From an uncultured Hyphomicrobiales bacterium (GTDB taxonomy: Bacteria > Pseudomonadota > Alphaproteobacteria > Rhizobiales > TMED25), in assembly GCA_905181735.1 (NCBI GenBank), contig CAJIYR010000006.1, positions 803 to 64,802 of the forward strand: a DNA stretch of 64,000 bases, written 5' to 3'. Made by a program: the position numbers and the translations under genes. The notes beneath the pieces are model-generated. The model was not told where the DNA came from, did no database searches, and was given only the letters and a program-made list of their open reading frames with translations. Positions 1 through 7,714 of the stretch are shown piece by piece. The first letter of the stretch is position 1. Each line of letters opens with the position of its first letter.

Positions 1-2
1 AG

Positions 3-185
3 AAAATTTTATTTGGTATGCTGCTCGCAGCTTTTATTTTTTCTATTTCACTAACGCTAAGAATATTTGATGAGATATTATGTTCAAACATTGTTATTGG
101 AACACATTGGATGTGGCACATTTTAAATTCATTAACATTATATATAATTATTAGAATTTTTATTGAAAAAAAACTAAATAAATAA
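3..185 (+). CDS. 3' end of a membrane protein gene entering from upstream (family uncertain; ceramidase/PAQR-like C-terminus is a weak guess)
   Basis: The frame is open from the window edge to TAA at 183-185. The translation ...LAAFIFSISLTLRIFDEILCSNIVIGTHWMWHILNSLTLYIIIRIFIEKKLNK is hydrophobic and has an HWMWH motif. Confidence 0.35.
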   Translation, partial: KILFGMLLAAFIFSISLTLRIFDEILCSNIVIGTHWMWHILNSLTLYIIIRIFIEKKLNK

Positions 186-225
186 AAGTATAAATTTTAA
201 TAATACTGTCCAATTAAATCAGCCA

Positions 226-420
226 TCAATCACCCTCATTATATATTTTTATGTTCAAATAATGTAAGTCAACAAGAAGAGTATCGTAACTTTTTTGTGA
301 TATAAATTTAATTGTATTTTTTGTATTAATAGGTTTTGCTGTCGGTGTATTTGGAAGTAAAATAACCATTACGATTAATACAGTAAATATATTTTTAATA
401 AATTGAAATAATGAATTCAT
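226..420 (-). CDS. hypothetical small protein with N-terminal hydrophobic segment
   Basis: 64-aa ORF with a signal/anchor-like N-terminus (IFTVLIVMVILLP). No recognisable family, and it could be spurious. Confidence 0.25.
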   Translation of the reverse strand: MNSLFQFIKNIFTVLIVMVILLPNTPTAKPINTKNTIKFISQKSYDTLLVDLHYLNIKIYNEGD

Positions 421-670
421 TGGTTTTTCTTTATAAGAGATTAATTGTAAATTTTTTCATTTTAAGTCCAAGATCAACATCCTGGTTTATCTAAGTATTT
501 CATATTTTTTATCTAAATTAAAATATAAATAACGTATATTAGGCATGCGTTATTTGCATGGATATTTATATATACCCATGTTTATTCGGGTAGTTTATTA
601 TGTAATTAGTCTTTTGATGCCAAGGGGGGTGTTCTTATTTTGATCGAAGCAAGATTGCAGAAGATCCATA

Positions 671-997
671 GTGATGGTAATCTTTTTTATGGCATTTAAC
701 ATATTTTGGATATTAATAGATAAGCTCGGAAGCAAAGGTTTAGTCTTTGCTATGGTAATGTCGTGTACATGGTTAATCGCTGTATTAAAATCAGGATATT
801 CACTAACTTTTATTGTGATATGTTATATAATTTGCGTCTGTTGTGTATACGTATATATTATGAAAAATATTTTTGACAAAAAAGTTGATTTATATGGCTC
901 TTCGACAGATAAAGATGGGAAGTATTTAAACTCTAAATACGATTATTCTTTAATATTTGGTCTAGCCACTCCCGTTATCTGGTTCTTATTGAGATGA
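671..997 (+). CDS. hypothetical integral membrane protein
   Basis: 108-aa ORF with a GTG start, about 3 hydrophobic helices and no overlapping competitor ORF. Confidence 0.4.
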   Translation: MMVIFFMAFNIFWILIDKLGSKGLVFAMVMSCTWLIAVLKSGYSLTFIVICYIICVCCVYVYIMKNIFDKKVDLYGSSTDKDGKYLNSKYDYSLIFGLATPVIWFLLR

Positions 998-1163
998 TGT
1001 ATAGAATTAGGTATTCCAGAAAAATGGATCAGTAGTTAAGCTTTGATATTTACACAGTTAAAGTGATGCATAGAGATAAAGTACTCTAAAAACTGATTGG
1101 GTAACAAAAACTCTATCATCGTGTTATTGATTTAAGGCCCTACACATTACTATTCTAGAGAAA

Positions 1164-1343
1164 CTAACGGCCTCGTGCAGAACCACGTGTTGTAGGTTTG
1201 TTGCTAAAGTTTTTTTGATAATTTTTTTGAGAAAATTTTTTATTCTGCTGGTAAGGGGCAGCTCCTTTAAATTTAGTCTCTTTTTTTTCTTCTACTTTTT
1301 TTTCTTCTACTTTTTTTTCTTCAATCTCGTTATTGTCAGGCAT
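1164..1343 (-). CDS. unannotated small Lys/Glu-rich basic protein (59 aa), below the ORF-track cutoff
   Basis: Hand-translated from the minus strand as MPDNNEIEEKKVEEKKVEEKKETKFKGAAPYQQNKKFSQKNYQKNFSNKPTTRGSARGR*. The ATG at 1343-1341 is preceded by AAGGAA. It is co-directional with czcD, 40 nt downstream. The F-rich plus-strand ORF 1215..1451 is its shadow. Confidence 0.5.
   Translation of the reverse strand: MPDNNEIEEKKVEEKKVEEKKETKFKGAAPYQQNKKFSQKNYQKNFSNKPTTRGSARGR
1281..1322. repeat. 15-bp tandem repeat TTTTTTTTCTTCTAC x2 plus a 12-bp partial copy (encodes the EEKKV repeats on the minus strand)
   Basis: Read directly: units at 1281-1295 and 1296-1310, partial unit at 1311-1322. Confidence 0.9.
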
Positions 1344-1383
1344 TTATTCGTTCCTTTTATAAATTATAGAGATTACTTTAAAG

Positions 1384-2289
1384 TCAATCTTCAGTATTTT
1401 CATCGCAAGAAATATCCAAATAATACTCAAATTCTAGAGTTGAATGAGTAATATTAAATTTATTTTTTAGTTTAGATTTTATTTCATCCTTAATCACTTT
1501 TACTTCTTTTAATTCACTAACCATCATAACTACATGAGCTTCTAAAGCAATTCTATTCTCATCTAAATTCCAAACATGCAGATGGTGTATATTCTCTACA
1601 CCGCTAACTTCATTCATGCACAATTTGATATCTTCCAAAGATAAACCTATTGGAGTGCCTTCCATCAAAAGATGTATTGTTTTAGGTAGCATTGTGATGC
1701 CTTGCCATAAAACAAAAGCTGAAATCATAAATGTTAAAACTGTATCAGTCCAATACCATTCAAAAAGAATAATTAATACCCCTGCAATAATAACACTTAC
1801 AGACGATAAGGCATCTGAGAGATTATGTAGAAATGCAGCTCTCATATTCATATTATTTTTTGAAATTCTATGTGTAATCATTGCTGTAAAAACATCAATA
1901 ATCAAAGCTATCCCTGCAACTAATATTATAATCCACCCTGTTACCTGTTGAGGATTTGCTAATCTTATTACGCCTTCATAGGCTATATAAAGCCCAATAA
2001 CAATTAAGAGGGTTAGATTAATTAAGGCTGCTATAGTATCCGCTCTTTGATAACCAAAAGTTTTTAATGTATCTGGAGGTCTGCGGCTCACTGTTCTAGC
2101 AAATAATGCAATACACAGAGAAGCTGCGTCACTGAAATTATGTAAAGCATCGGCTATAAGGGATAAACTTCCTGAAATAATACCGCCAATAATTTGACTT
2201 ACAGATAACAATACATTGAGAATAATCGCTACAAACAAGTTACGGTCTGAATCCTTAGAATGATGGTTATGTCCGTGATGAAGGTCCAT
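1384..2289 (-). CDS. czcD: cation diffusion facilitator (CDF) divalent metal efflux transporter, CzcD/ZitB-like
   Basis: 301 aa with a His-rich N-terminus (MDLHHGHNHH), six hydrophobic helices, HNFSDA and HNLSDA metal-site motifs and a C-terminal cytoplasmic domain. Confidence 0.9.
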   Translation of the reverse strand: MDLHHGHNHHSKDSDRNLFVAIILNVLLSVSQIIGGIISGSLSLIADALHNFSDAASLCIALFARTVSRRPPDTLKTFGYQRADTIAALINLTLLIVIGLYIAYEGVIRLANPQQVTGWIIILVAGIALIIDVFTAMITHRISKNNMNMRAAFLHNLSDALSSVSVIIAGVLIILFEWYWTDTVLTFMISAFVLWQGITMLPKTIHLLMEGTPIGLSLEDIKLCMNEVSGVENIHHLHVWNLDENRIALEAHVVMMVSELKEVKVIKDEIKSKLKNKFNITHSTLEFEYYLDISCDENTED

Positions 2290-2343
2290 AAAAACCTCTT
2301 AAAAATTATTAAAAAAATAAATCTAAAACGAAAAGTATTGAAT

Positions 2344-2373
2344 AATATTATAATATATTAATATTATAATATT
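2344..2373. promoter_or_regulatory. two copies of an AT palindrome (AATATTATAATAT[T]) spaced 16 bp apart in the czcD / 2442-ORF divergent promoter; candidate operator
   Basis: Positions 2344-2356 and 2360-2372 are identical 13-mers. The second copy extends to a perfect 14-bp palindrome, AATATTATAATATT. The copies lie 55-85 bp upstream of the czcD start. Confidence 0.35.
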
Positions 2374-2441
2374 AGTTTAATTTATTGTTAATCACCTCGA
2401 ATAAGATATATAGGTATTATAATTGTGATAAAGCTTTCTTT

Positions 2442-2951
2442 ATGAAGAATCTATTAAAAGTAATCGACTTAATTGGACCATGGAAATCAACAATTATTGG
2501 GACCATTGTGATTATAATTGCTATTAAAGCAATAATGAATTTTCTTTCTTTTGCTGAGTTTAGCCGCGTAGAATTTGAGTGGACGGTCCGCCCTGATTTG
2601 AACGATGATTCTGGCAGCAGTTATGATGATTATAGAAATATGCGCCGGATTGACAATGAGATATATAAATACAGTTTATTGAATTATTCTAACCCTCAAT
2701 ACTATAGTTACAATAAAACAATAAAATCAATAATCGTATTTGAAGTCATTGATTGTGATGTTTTGAGCGTTAGACCTTTATCTTTTGAACTTTACGCAGA
2801 ATCTATGGGAGAAGGAGAATTATTAAATACGAGGAATCCCTCTGTTAAGCCAACCCTAATTACTTTAGATATGAATGAATATAGTATTATGAAAGGATTA
2901 TGCGATCTTAGCCCTAAAGAGTTTGAGATTTTAAAAAATGATAAAGTCTAG
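2442..2951 (+). CDS. hypothetical single-pass membrane protein
   Basis: The ORF track gives 2385..2951. The ATG at 2442 (MKNLLKVIDL...) is the more plausible start. There is one TM helix (STIIGTIVIIIAIKAIMNFL) and no recognisable family. Confidence 0.45.
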   Translation: MKNLLKVIDLIGPWKSTIIGTIVIIIAIKAIMNFLSFAEFSRVEFEWTVRPDLNDDSGSSYDDYRNMRRIDNEIYKYSLLNYSNPQYYSYNKTIKSIIVFEVIDCDVLSVRPLSFELYAESMGEGELLNTRNPSVKPTLITLDMNEYSIMKGLCDLSPKEFEILKNDKV

Positions 2952-3128
2952 AACTTTGAAAAAGAAACTTTACGAGACAACTTAACAAATCATTATATGC
3001 CCCAAAAATAATAGACAGATTTCATAATTGTGGTAGAACTCTCTTTATGGAAAAAATATTAGCCACCATTCATTTGTTCCGCTACTTTTTCTCTCACAGA
3101 AGAATTAGGAAAGATTGGGTTATAATCG

Positions 3129-3524
3129 ATGGGTAATATGCAAAAACATAATAGCACTGCAATCCTTTTATTCTTAGTTATAGGGATTATAATTTCTCCA
3201 TTTTTCTTTGTAGTGTACTATTTGGTTACAATCTTTATAACAACAATAATTGTAAATTATGTAGTTAAGTATTTTGCTCATCAGAGAGATTTATATTATC
3301 AAATTGATCCTTATGAGCGCACAGAAGAGGATACTGTATTATACAAGCTTAATTCACAGAAATTTAATTACGGTAAATATCTTATCCCAGCTACTGGAAT
3401 CTTGCCATATATAGCATATCTTTTTGATCCAATTTTATCATTAATGGTATATTTTGTTTTAATAGGTCTTTGTTCTTTGTATTGTTTCTCTTCTTATAAA
3501 ATCTATGAGAAGCAGTTGAAATAA
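3129..3524 (+). CDS. hypothetical integral membrane protein
   Basis: 131 aa with 3-4 hydrophobic helices and no recognisable family. Confidence 0.45.
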   Translation: MGNMQKHNSTAILLFLVIGIIISPFFFVVYYLVTIFITTIIVNYVVKYFAHQRDLYYQIDPYERTEEDTVLYKLNSQKFNYGKYLIPATGILPYIAYLFDPILSLMVYFVLIGLCSLYCFSSYKIYEKQLK

Positions 3525-3655
3525 ACACACTAATATCCTTTAGAAGACTTCCCTTATTATATTTTGTTGATAAAGATAATATTTCTTTTACTGCATTAAA
3601 AAATATTATAAGTCTCGATGGGAATAAATTAAATTCTAGAAAATTAGGTCAGTTC

Positions 3656-4357
3656 ATGTTTAAATATATAAGAATAATTCTCTCAATAATTTTCATCCCA
3701 GGTCTTGCAATTGCTGCCGAAGAACCTGAATCGAATAAGCTAGAATCATTGTTCAATAATGCTGAGCATTATATTACATTTGGATTAACTCATTCTGATG
3801 CTTTTTTTCATTCAAAATACTCAGGCGGTTGGTGTGGGGAAGGCTATGAAGATTGTGCAAAAAAGAGCCATTCAGATACAAATATATCATTTGGATATGG
3901 GATTGAATTTAAACCTGAATCCTCAAGATTCTCACATGGAATTGAATTGTCTTATTTACCATCGGTAATTTCAGGAGAAGAATGCAACAATGCAAATTGT
4001 ACTTCTTCAATGAATTTTGATATTGATAATCAGATTAACTTAGAATACAATTTGATTTCAAAATTTAATGATCGGATTGATTTTATTCCTCTTATTGGTA
4101 TAAGTAATTTTAACTTTGAACACCAACAAGAATCATCAAATATTTCAAACTTTAAAACACTAAATGTCACTAAACCTTATGTCGGTATAGGACTGCGTAC
4201 AAAAATAAACGAAGATATTTCCCTGAAAGCAACATACAGACAATATGAGAGTTTTATAAGTGATTCTATAAGTGATCCTGCTTTTGGTTTTAGTGATAGG
4301 GACCCTGCATTTAATGACTTTAGACAAGTTTCAGTCTCTTTGGTTTATAAATACTAA
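3656..4357 (+). CDS. putative outer-membrane beta-barrel protein
   Basis: Signal peptide (…IPGLAIA/AEE), alternating amphipathic strands and a C-terminal aromatic signature (…VSLVYKY). Two Cys pairs sit in predicted loops. Confidence 0.55.
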   Translation: MFKYIRIILSIIFIPGLAIAAEEPESNKLESLFNNAEHYITFGLTHSDAFFHSKYSGGWCGEGYEDCAKKSHSDTNISFGYGIEFKPESSRFSHGIELSYLPSVISGEECNNANCTSSMNFDIDNQINLEYNLISKFNDRIDFIPLIGISNFNFEHQQESSNISNFKTLNVTKPYVGIGLRTKINEDISLKATYRQYESFISDSISDPAFGFSDRDPAFNDFRQVSVSLVYKY

Positions 4358-4528
4358 AAATAGAAAATTTTCTCTTTTAAATAATGAAGTTAGAAATATA
4401 TATTAATATATCTTCGTTTGTTGAAATATTTAACTTTTCTATATATTACATTCTTGATTTTAATTTTTGAAACACATAATTCTAGTTTTAGTAGAGAATC
4501 TTTAATTTAAAATCAAAGGAGTAAAACA

Positions 4529-5527
4529 ATGAAGATCTTGCATAGTACATTTATTTTTTTTGGAATCCTATTATTTTCATCATCTCTAATGGCCTCTCCG
4601 TTAGTGAGTGTTGATTGGCTTAATAATAAAATAAAACTATCAGAAACAGCTCACCCAGATGTTGCAGTTGAATTTGGTCAAAAAGGTAATATAGTATTAA
4701 TTGATCTAAGAAATCGTATTGATGGCGGAAGTTATGATACTTTTTTGGAAGGCCATATACCAACTTCAATTCATTCTAATTATGAAGAAGATGGTTGGAG
4801 GTTTGATGCGGATGACGGAACGATAGGGGTTATTCCTTCACAGTCTGACTTTCAAACACTCGTTAGAAGTCTAGGAATAAATAGTGACTCTCATGTTGTT
4901 CTCATTCCAGCTGGAGTATCTACTAGTGATTTAGCAGCTTCGACAAGGAGTTACTGGACTCTAAAAGTTTATGGGCACGATAATGTTTCAATCTTAGATG
5001 GTGGTTATGCAGCTTGGCTTACAAAATATCCTGACTTTGTTGATGTTGGACTACCTGATCAAAGACCAGAAGGTAATTTTGTAGCATCATTTAGACCTGA
5101 TTTATACACGAGCACAGTCGACGTTGCTAGTATAGTTGATAACCAAGACTCTGTTGTATTACTCGATGGTAGACCCGCTTCACAGTTTTATGCAGAAGCA
5201 AAACACCCAAGAGCTAGAGTTGCAGGGAGACTTCCTGGCGCCGATCTATTATTTAATAAAGACGCATACGACTCTGAAGCAAATGCCTTTAAGACTTTAG
5301 ATGAGTTGAAACAGGTTTTTTCTGCATACCAAAATGCAAACGTTATAAGTTATTGCAATACAGGACATTGGGCTGCAAATAATTGGTTTGTTTTATCGGA
5401 GCTACTTGGAAATAAAAATGTAACTCTCTATGATGGATCTATGGTTGAATGGACATCAGATATTTCACTGCCAGTTGATTCAACAGGGCGATCAAATATG
5501 GATAAAATAAAAGGTATCATAGGATAA
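4529..5527 (+). CDS. secreted/periplasmic tandem-rhodanese sulfurtransferase (thiosulfate/3-mercaptopyruvate sulfurtransferase family)
   Basis: Signal peptide (…FSSSLMA/SP), two rhodanese repeats, active-site loop YCNTGHWA in the second repeat and an AAGGAG RBS. Confidence 0.85.
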   Translation: MKILHSTFIFFGILLFSSSLMASPLVSVDWLNNKIKLSETAHPDVAVEFGQKGNIVLIDLRNRIDGGSYDTFLEGHIPTSIHSNYEEDGWRFDADDGTIGVIPSQSDFQTLVRSLGINSDSHVVLIPAGVSTSDLAASTRSYWTLKVYGHDNVSILDGGYAAWLTKYPDFVDVGLPDQRPEGNFVASFRPDLYTSTVDVASIVDNQDSVVLLDGRPASQFYAEAKHPRARVAGRLPGADLLFNKDAYDSEANAFKTLDELKQVFSAYQNANVISYCNTGHWAANNWFVLSELLGNKNVTLYDGSMVEWTSDISLPVDSTGRSNMDKIKGIIG

Positions 5528-5598
5528 TTATTAAATAGACGAGGCAAAATTAAAATTTATTGTTTGACATTAAATCTTATTTTCCCCAGAAACCTAAA

Positions 5599-5633
5599 AT
5601 TCCCGTCACTTTTAAGCGGCGGGAATGACGGGA
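5599..5633 (-). terminator. GC-rich hairpin (TCCCGTCA / TGACGGGA, alternative ATTCCCG / CGGGAAT) followed on the minus strand by AUUUUAGGUUU
   Basis: The inverted repeats were read directly and the U-rich tail occurs only on the minus strand. No annotated minus-strand gene lies immediately upstream. Confidence 0.35.
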
Positions 5634-5644
5634 CTCGAATCCCC
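5616..5644 (-). other. tRNA 3'-half-like remnant (T-loop plus acceptor strand, closest in look to tRNA-Gly); not a functional tRNA
   Basis: The minus strand reads GGGGATTCGAGTCCCGTCATTCCCGCCGC. It has a TTCGAGT T-loop and TTCCCGC, the 3' acceptor strand I recall from the E. coli tRNA-Gly(GCC) sequence. There is no matching 5' acceptor, D arm or anticodon arm upstream. Confidence 0.4.
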
Positions 5645-5849
5645 GAACGAGATGCCCCATTGCCACCTATAGTTTATACATACATGGGGTGTGCAGTAGA
5701 TGGTTTTTTTGGGGTTACAATAAATGTAAAATAAATTGACATAATATTAATAAGAAGTTCATTAACGGTAAATTTTCTTGTAAAATGACTTTAAAAAAGT
5801 TAACTATTCCTGATAACATTAGATTGATATAATGAGGAATAATATAATA

Positions 5850-6869
5850 ATGATTTTTCAAAATATTAAATTTTGTATCTCTTTCTTTACAATATTAATT
5901 ACATTTATTTTAGGATTTGAGAGTGTAGCTCACAGTAAAACTTTTGAACTTCGTAAAGTCTCGGATACCAATGCTTTGTGTAATAATGGTAAGGTAGCGA
6001 ATTATTGGCTAGCTAAACAAGAGACTGATAAGTGGTTTATTCAATTAGAAGGTGGCGGTTCAGGTTGGCCTGCGAAATATTTTAAAGATAGAGATTTTTA
6101 TCTGAAATCACCAGCTAGCAAAAAAAGCATTGGCGATTCAGCCATAGCTAAACAATTTTATGAACTAGGGTATAATGTAATCTGGATTCATTATTGCTCA
6201 AGCGATCTATACGGTGGAAATCACATGAATTCAATTGATGGAAAAGAAGTTCCCTTCAAGGGGAGACTGATTGTAAAATCCATCATAGATGAACATGCAA
6301 AAGCATTATCGCAAGCACAAGACATTGTAATCGCAGGTACTAGTGCTGGAGCTTATGGAGTTACATTAAATTTAGACCTGCTTTCCTATTTCAATAATGT
6401 TCGTCTAATTTTAGATGGAATTTGGCGAGATGATTTCCAGAAATCAGCGGAAGTGGAAAAACCTGAATGGTTTAATCAAACAGATGATTGGGTTCCTTAC
6501 CTACTGGGTAAAATGCCAGATCATTGCGAGGGAGACTTTTACAAAAATTGCTGGGTAGATAAAAAAATATTAGACAAATATGGCATAAAGAATGCTTTCA
6601 TTATTATGAATTATGGCGACCCTTATAACTTTGTGAATAAAGACTCCCAAAAAGAAAAATTTGTGTCTGCCTTTAAGTCTGATGCATTATATTTTGGTGG
6701 TGGATTTTCAGTTGATGCTAAAAAGTTTAATTTACGTGGAAGCGTAAAATGGGGACATGCTTTATTAACTGAAAGTAAATATTACAAAAAAAAAATTGAT
6801 GGTGAGTCTTTGCATTCACTTATAGGACAATGGGTTAACCATAAAAAACCAATCCATATTAGGTATTAA
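5850..6869 (+). CDS. secreted pectin-acetylesterase/Notum-family (PAE-like) serine hydrolase
   Basis: Motifs CNNG…KWFIQLEGGG…, YCSSDLYGG and IAGTSAGAYG (GxSxG) match the PAE family layout. The start is moved to ATG 5850 (GAGGA RBS, signal peptide MIFQNIKFCISFFTILITFILGFESVAHS), whereas the track starts at 5832. Confidence 0.6.
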   Translation: MIFQNIKFCISFFTILITFILGFESVAHSKTFELRKVSDTNALCNNGKVANYWLAKQETDKWFIQLEGGGSGWPAKYFKDRDFYLKSPASKKSIGDSAIAKQFYELGYNVIWIHYCSSDLYGGNHMNSIDGKEVPFKGRLIVKSIIDEHAKALSQAQDIVIAGTSAGAYGVTLNLDLLSYFNNVRLILDGIWRDDFQKSAEVEKPEWFNQTDDWVPYLLGKMPDHCEGDFYKNCWVDKKILDKYGIKNAFIIMNYGDPYNFVNKDSQKEKFVSAFKSDALYFGGGFSVDAKKFNLRGSVKWGHALLTESKYYKKKIDGESLHSLIGQWVNHKKPIHIRY

Positions 6870-6873
6870 AAAT

Positions 6874-6949
6874 TGGTGGAGCCAAGGGGAATCGAACCCC
6901 TGACCTCTTCACTGCCAGTGAAGCGCTCTCCCAACTGATCTATGGCCCC
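6874..6949 (-). tRNA. tRNA-Ala (anticodon GGC)
   Basis: The reverse complement GGGGCCATAGATCAGTTGGGAGAGCGCTTCACTGGCAGTGAAGAGGTCAGGGGTTCGATTCCCCTTGGCTCCACCA folds as a cloverleaf. It has a G3:U70 pair, anticodon loop CTGGCAG and an encoded CCA. Confidence 0.95.
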
Positions 6950-7031
6950 ATATGTAAGTAATATTTTATATCACAGTTATTTACTGTGTCTATTTAAATA
7001 AGAATAATACAGATTTCAGTATTTTATTTTT

Positions 7032-7232
7032 CTATTTGTATATTAGTCTTCTGTCAGAAAAGGTTCTGACCCTTCTTCTCCATGCTTTATAGGAGCCTTC
7101 TTTTAAATTTTCTCGCATGATTTTTTTGACATCTTTCTCTGGGATCCCATATATATTTTTTATATTTTCGAAACTTATATGATCAGAAAGAGCCATCTCA
7201 ATAATCTCACTTATTTCATTATCAGAAAACAT
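7032..7232 (-). CDS. TIGR03643/DUF2805 family small protein
   Basis: 66 aa. The sequence …ALSDHISFENIKNIYGIPEKDVKKIMRENLKEGSYKAWRRRV… is the family's characteristic sequence as I recall it. Confidence 0.7.
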   Translation of the reverse strand: MFSDNEISEIIEMALSDHISFENIKNIYGIPEKDVKKIMRENLKEGSYKAWRRRVRTFSDRRLIYK

Positions 7233-7328
7233 GCTATCTATTCCTATCAGATAAAATTATATTATATTGAATTAATTTGAGTCTCTTTTTCTATTATTAA
7301 TAAATTAAGATTTATCATTCGGATCAGC

Positions 7329-7679
7329 TTATTTTAGTTGGTTCCTATTTTTCAGAAAAAGAAAATATGAAATAATTTCATAAGAATAGTGAAATACCAT
7401 AAAACATGGTTTAAAGCTGAATATCTTTGCCAAGAATTTATATTTATCCATGTTTGACCAAATGACAATAAAGGCCTCAGCTCCAACAATTACCTTGCCT
7501 TGATTAATAACGTGAAGTCTTCTTAATAAATCTTTTTGAGATTTTGAAGTTAATGAAAGAGCATCTTCATTATTAGTAATATCTATCCATTCAAAGGAAT
7601 CGTCAGAGATTTTTTTATAATGATCAATCTCAAATCTGCATATATTACACGAGTTGTTAAAAAACACTTTTGTTCCCAA
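7329..7679 (-). CDS. DCC-family thiol-disulfide oxidoreductase (DUF393)
   Basis: N-terminal CNIC (CxxC) motif in the …FFNNSCNICRFEIDHY… context, about 115 aa, TTG start. Confidence 0.65.
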   Translation of the reverse strand: MGTKVFFNNSCNICRFEIDHYKKISDDSFEWIDITNNEDALSLTSKSQKDLLRRLHVINQGKVIVGAEAFIVIWSNMDKYKFLAKIFSFKPCFMVFHYSYEIISYFLFLKNRNQLK

Positions 7680-7714
7680 AGGACTATCCTTTTGATTGAA
7701 GTTGATACCAGCTG

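Noticed and set aside
1215-1451. 78-aa plus-strand ORF rich in Phe (FFFFYFFFFFYFFFF)
   Set aside because: It is a translation artefact of T-rich DNA. It overlaps the czcD 3' end, and the minus strand carries a far more plausible 59-aa gene with an RBS.
1616-1951. Antisense ORFs nested inside confident genes (for example 1616..1951, 14779..15249, 15601..16053, 17473..17826, 20668..20964, 36015..36380, 40309..40650, 50383..50769, 57082..57534, 59237..59605)
   Set aside because: Each lies wholly within a well-supported CDS on the other strand and has low-complexity or odd composition. I treat them as shadow ORFs.
5528-5720. Two-piece (permuted) alphaproteobacterial tmRNA hypothesis for the tRNA-like fragment
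   Set aside because: The acceptor-like strand gives G3-C70 rather than the G3:U70 alanine identity pair. No CCA is encoded. No tag-peptide reading frame ending in …AA-stop is visible downstream, and a coding piece would have to overlap the rhodanese gene. An Rfam alpha_tmRNA scan would settle this.
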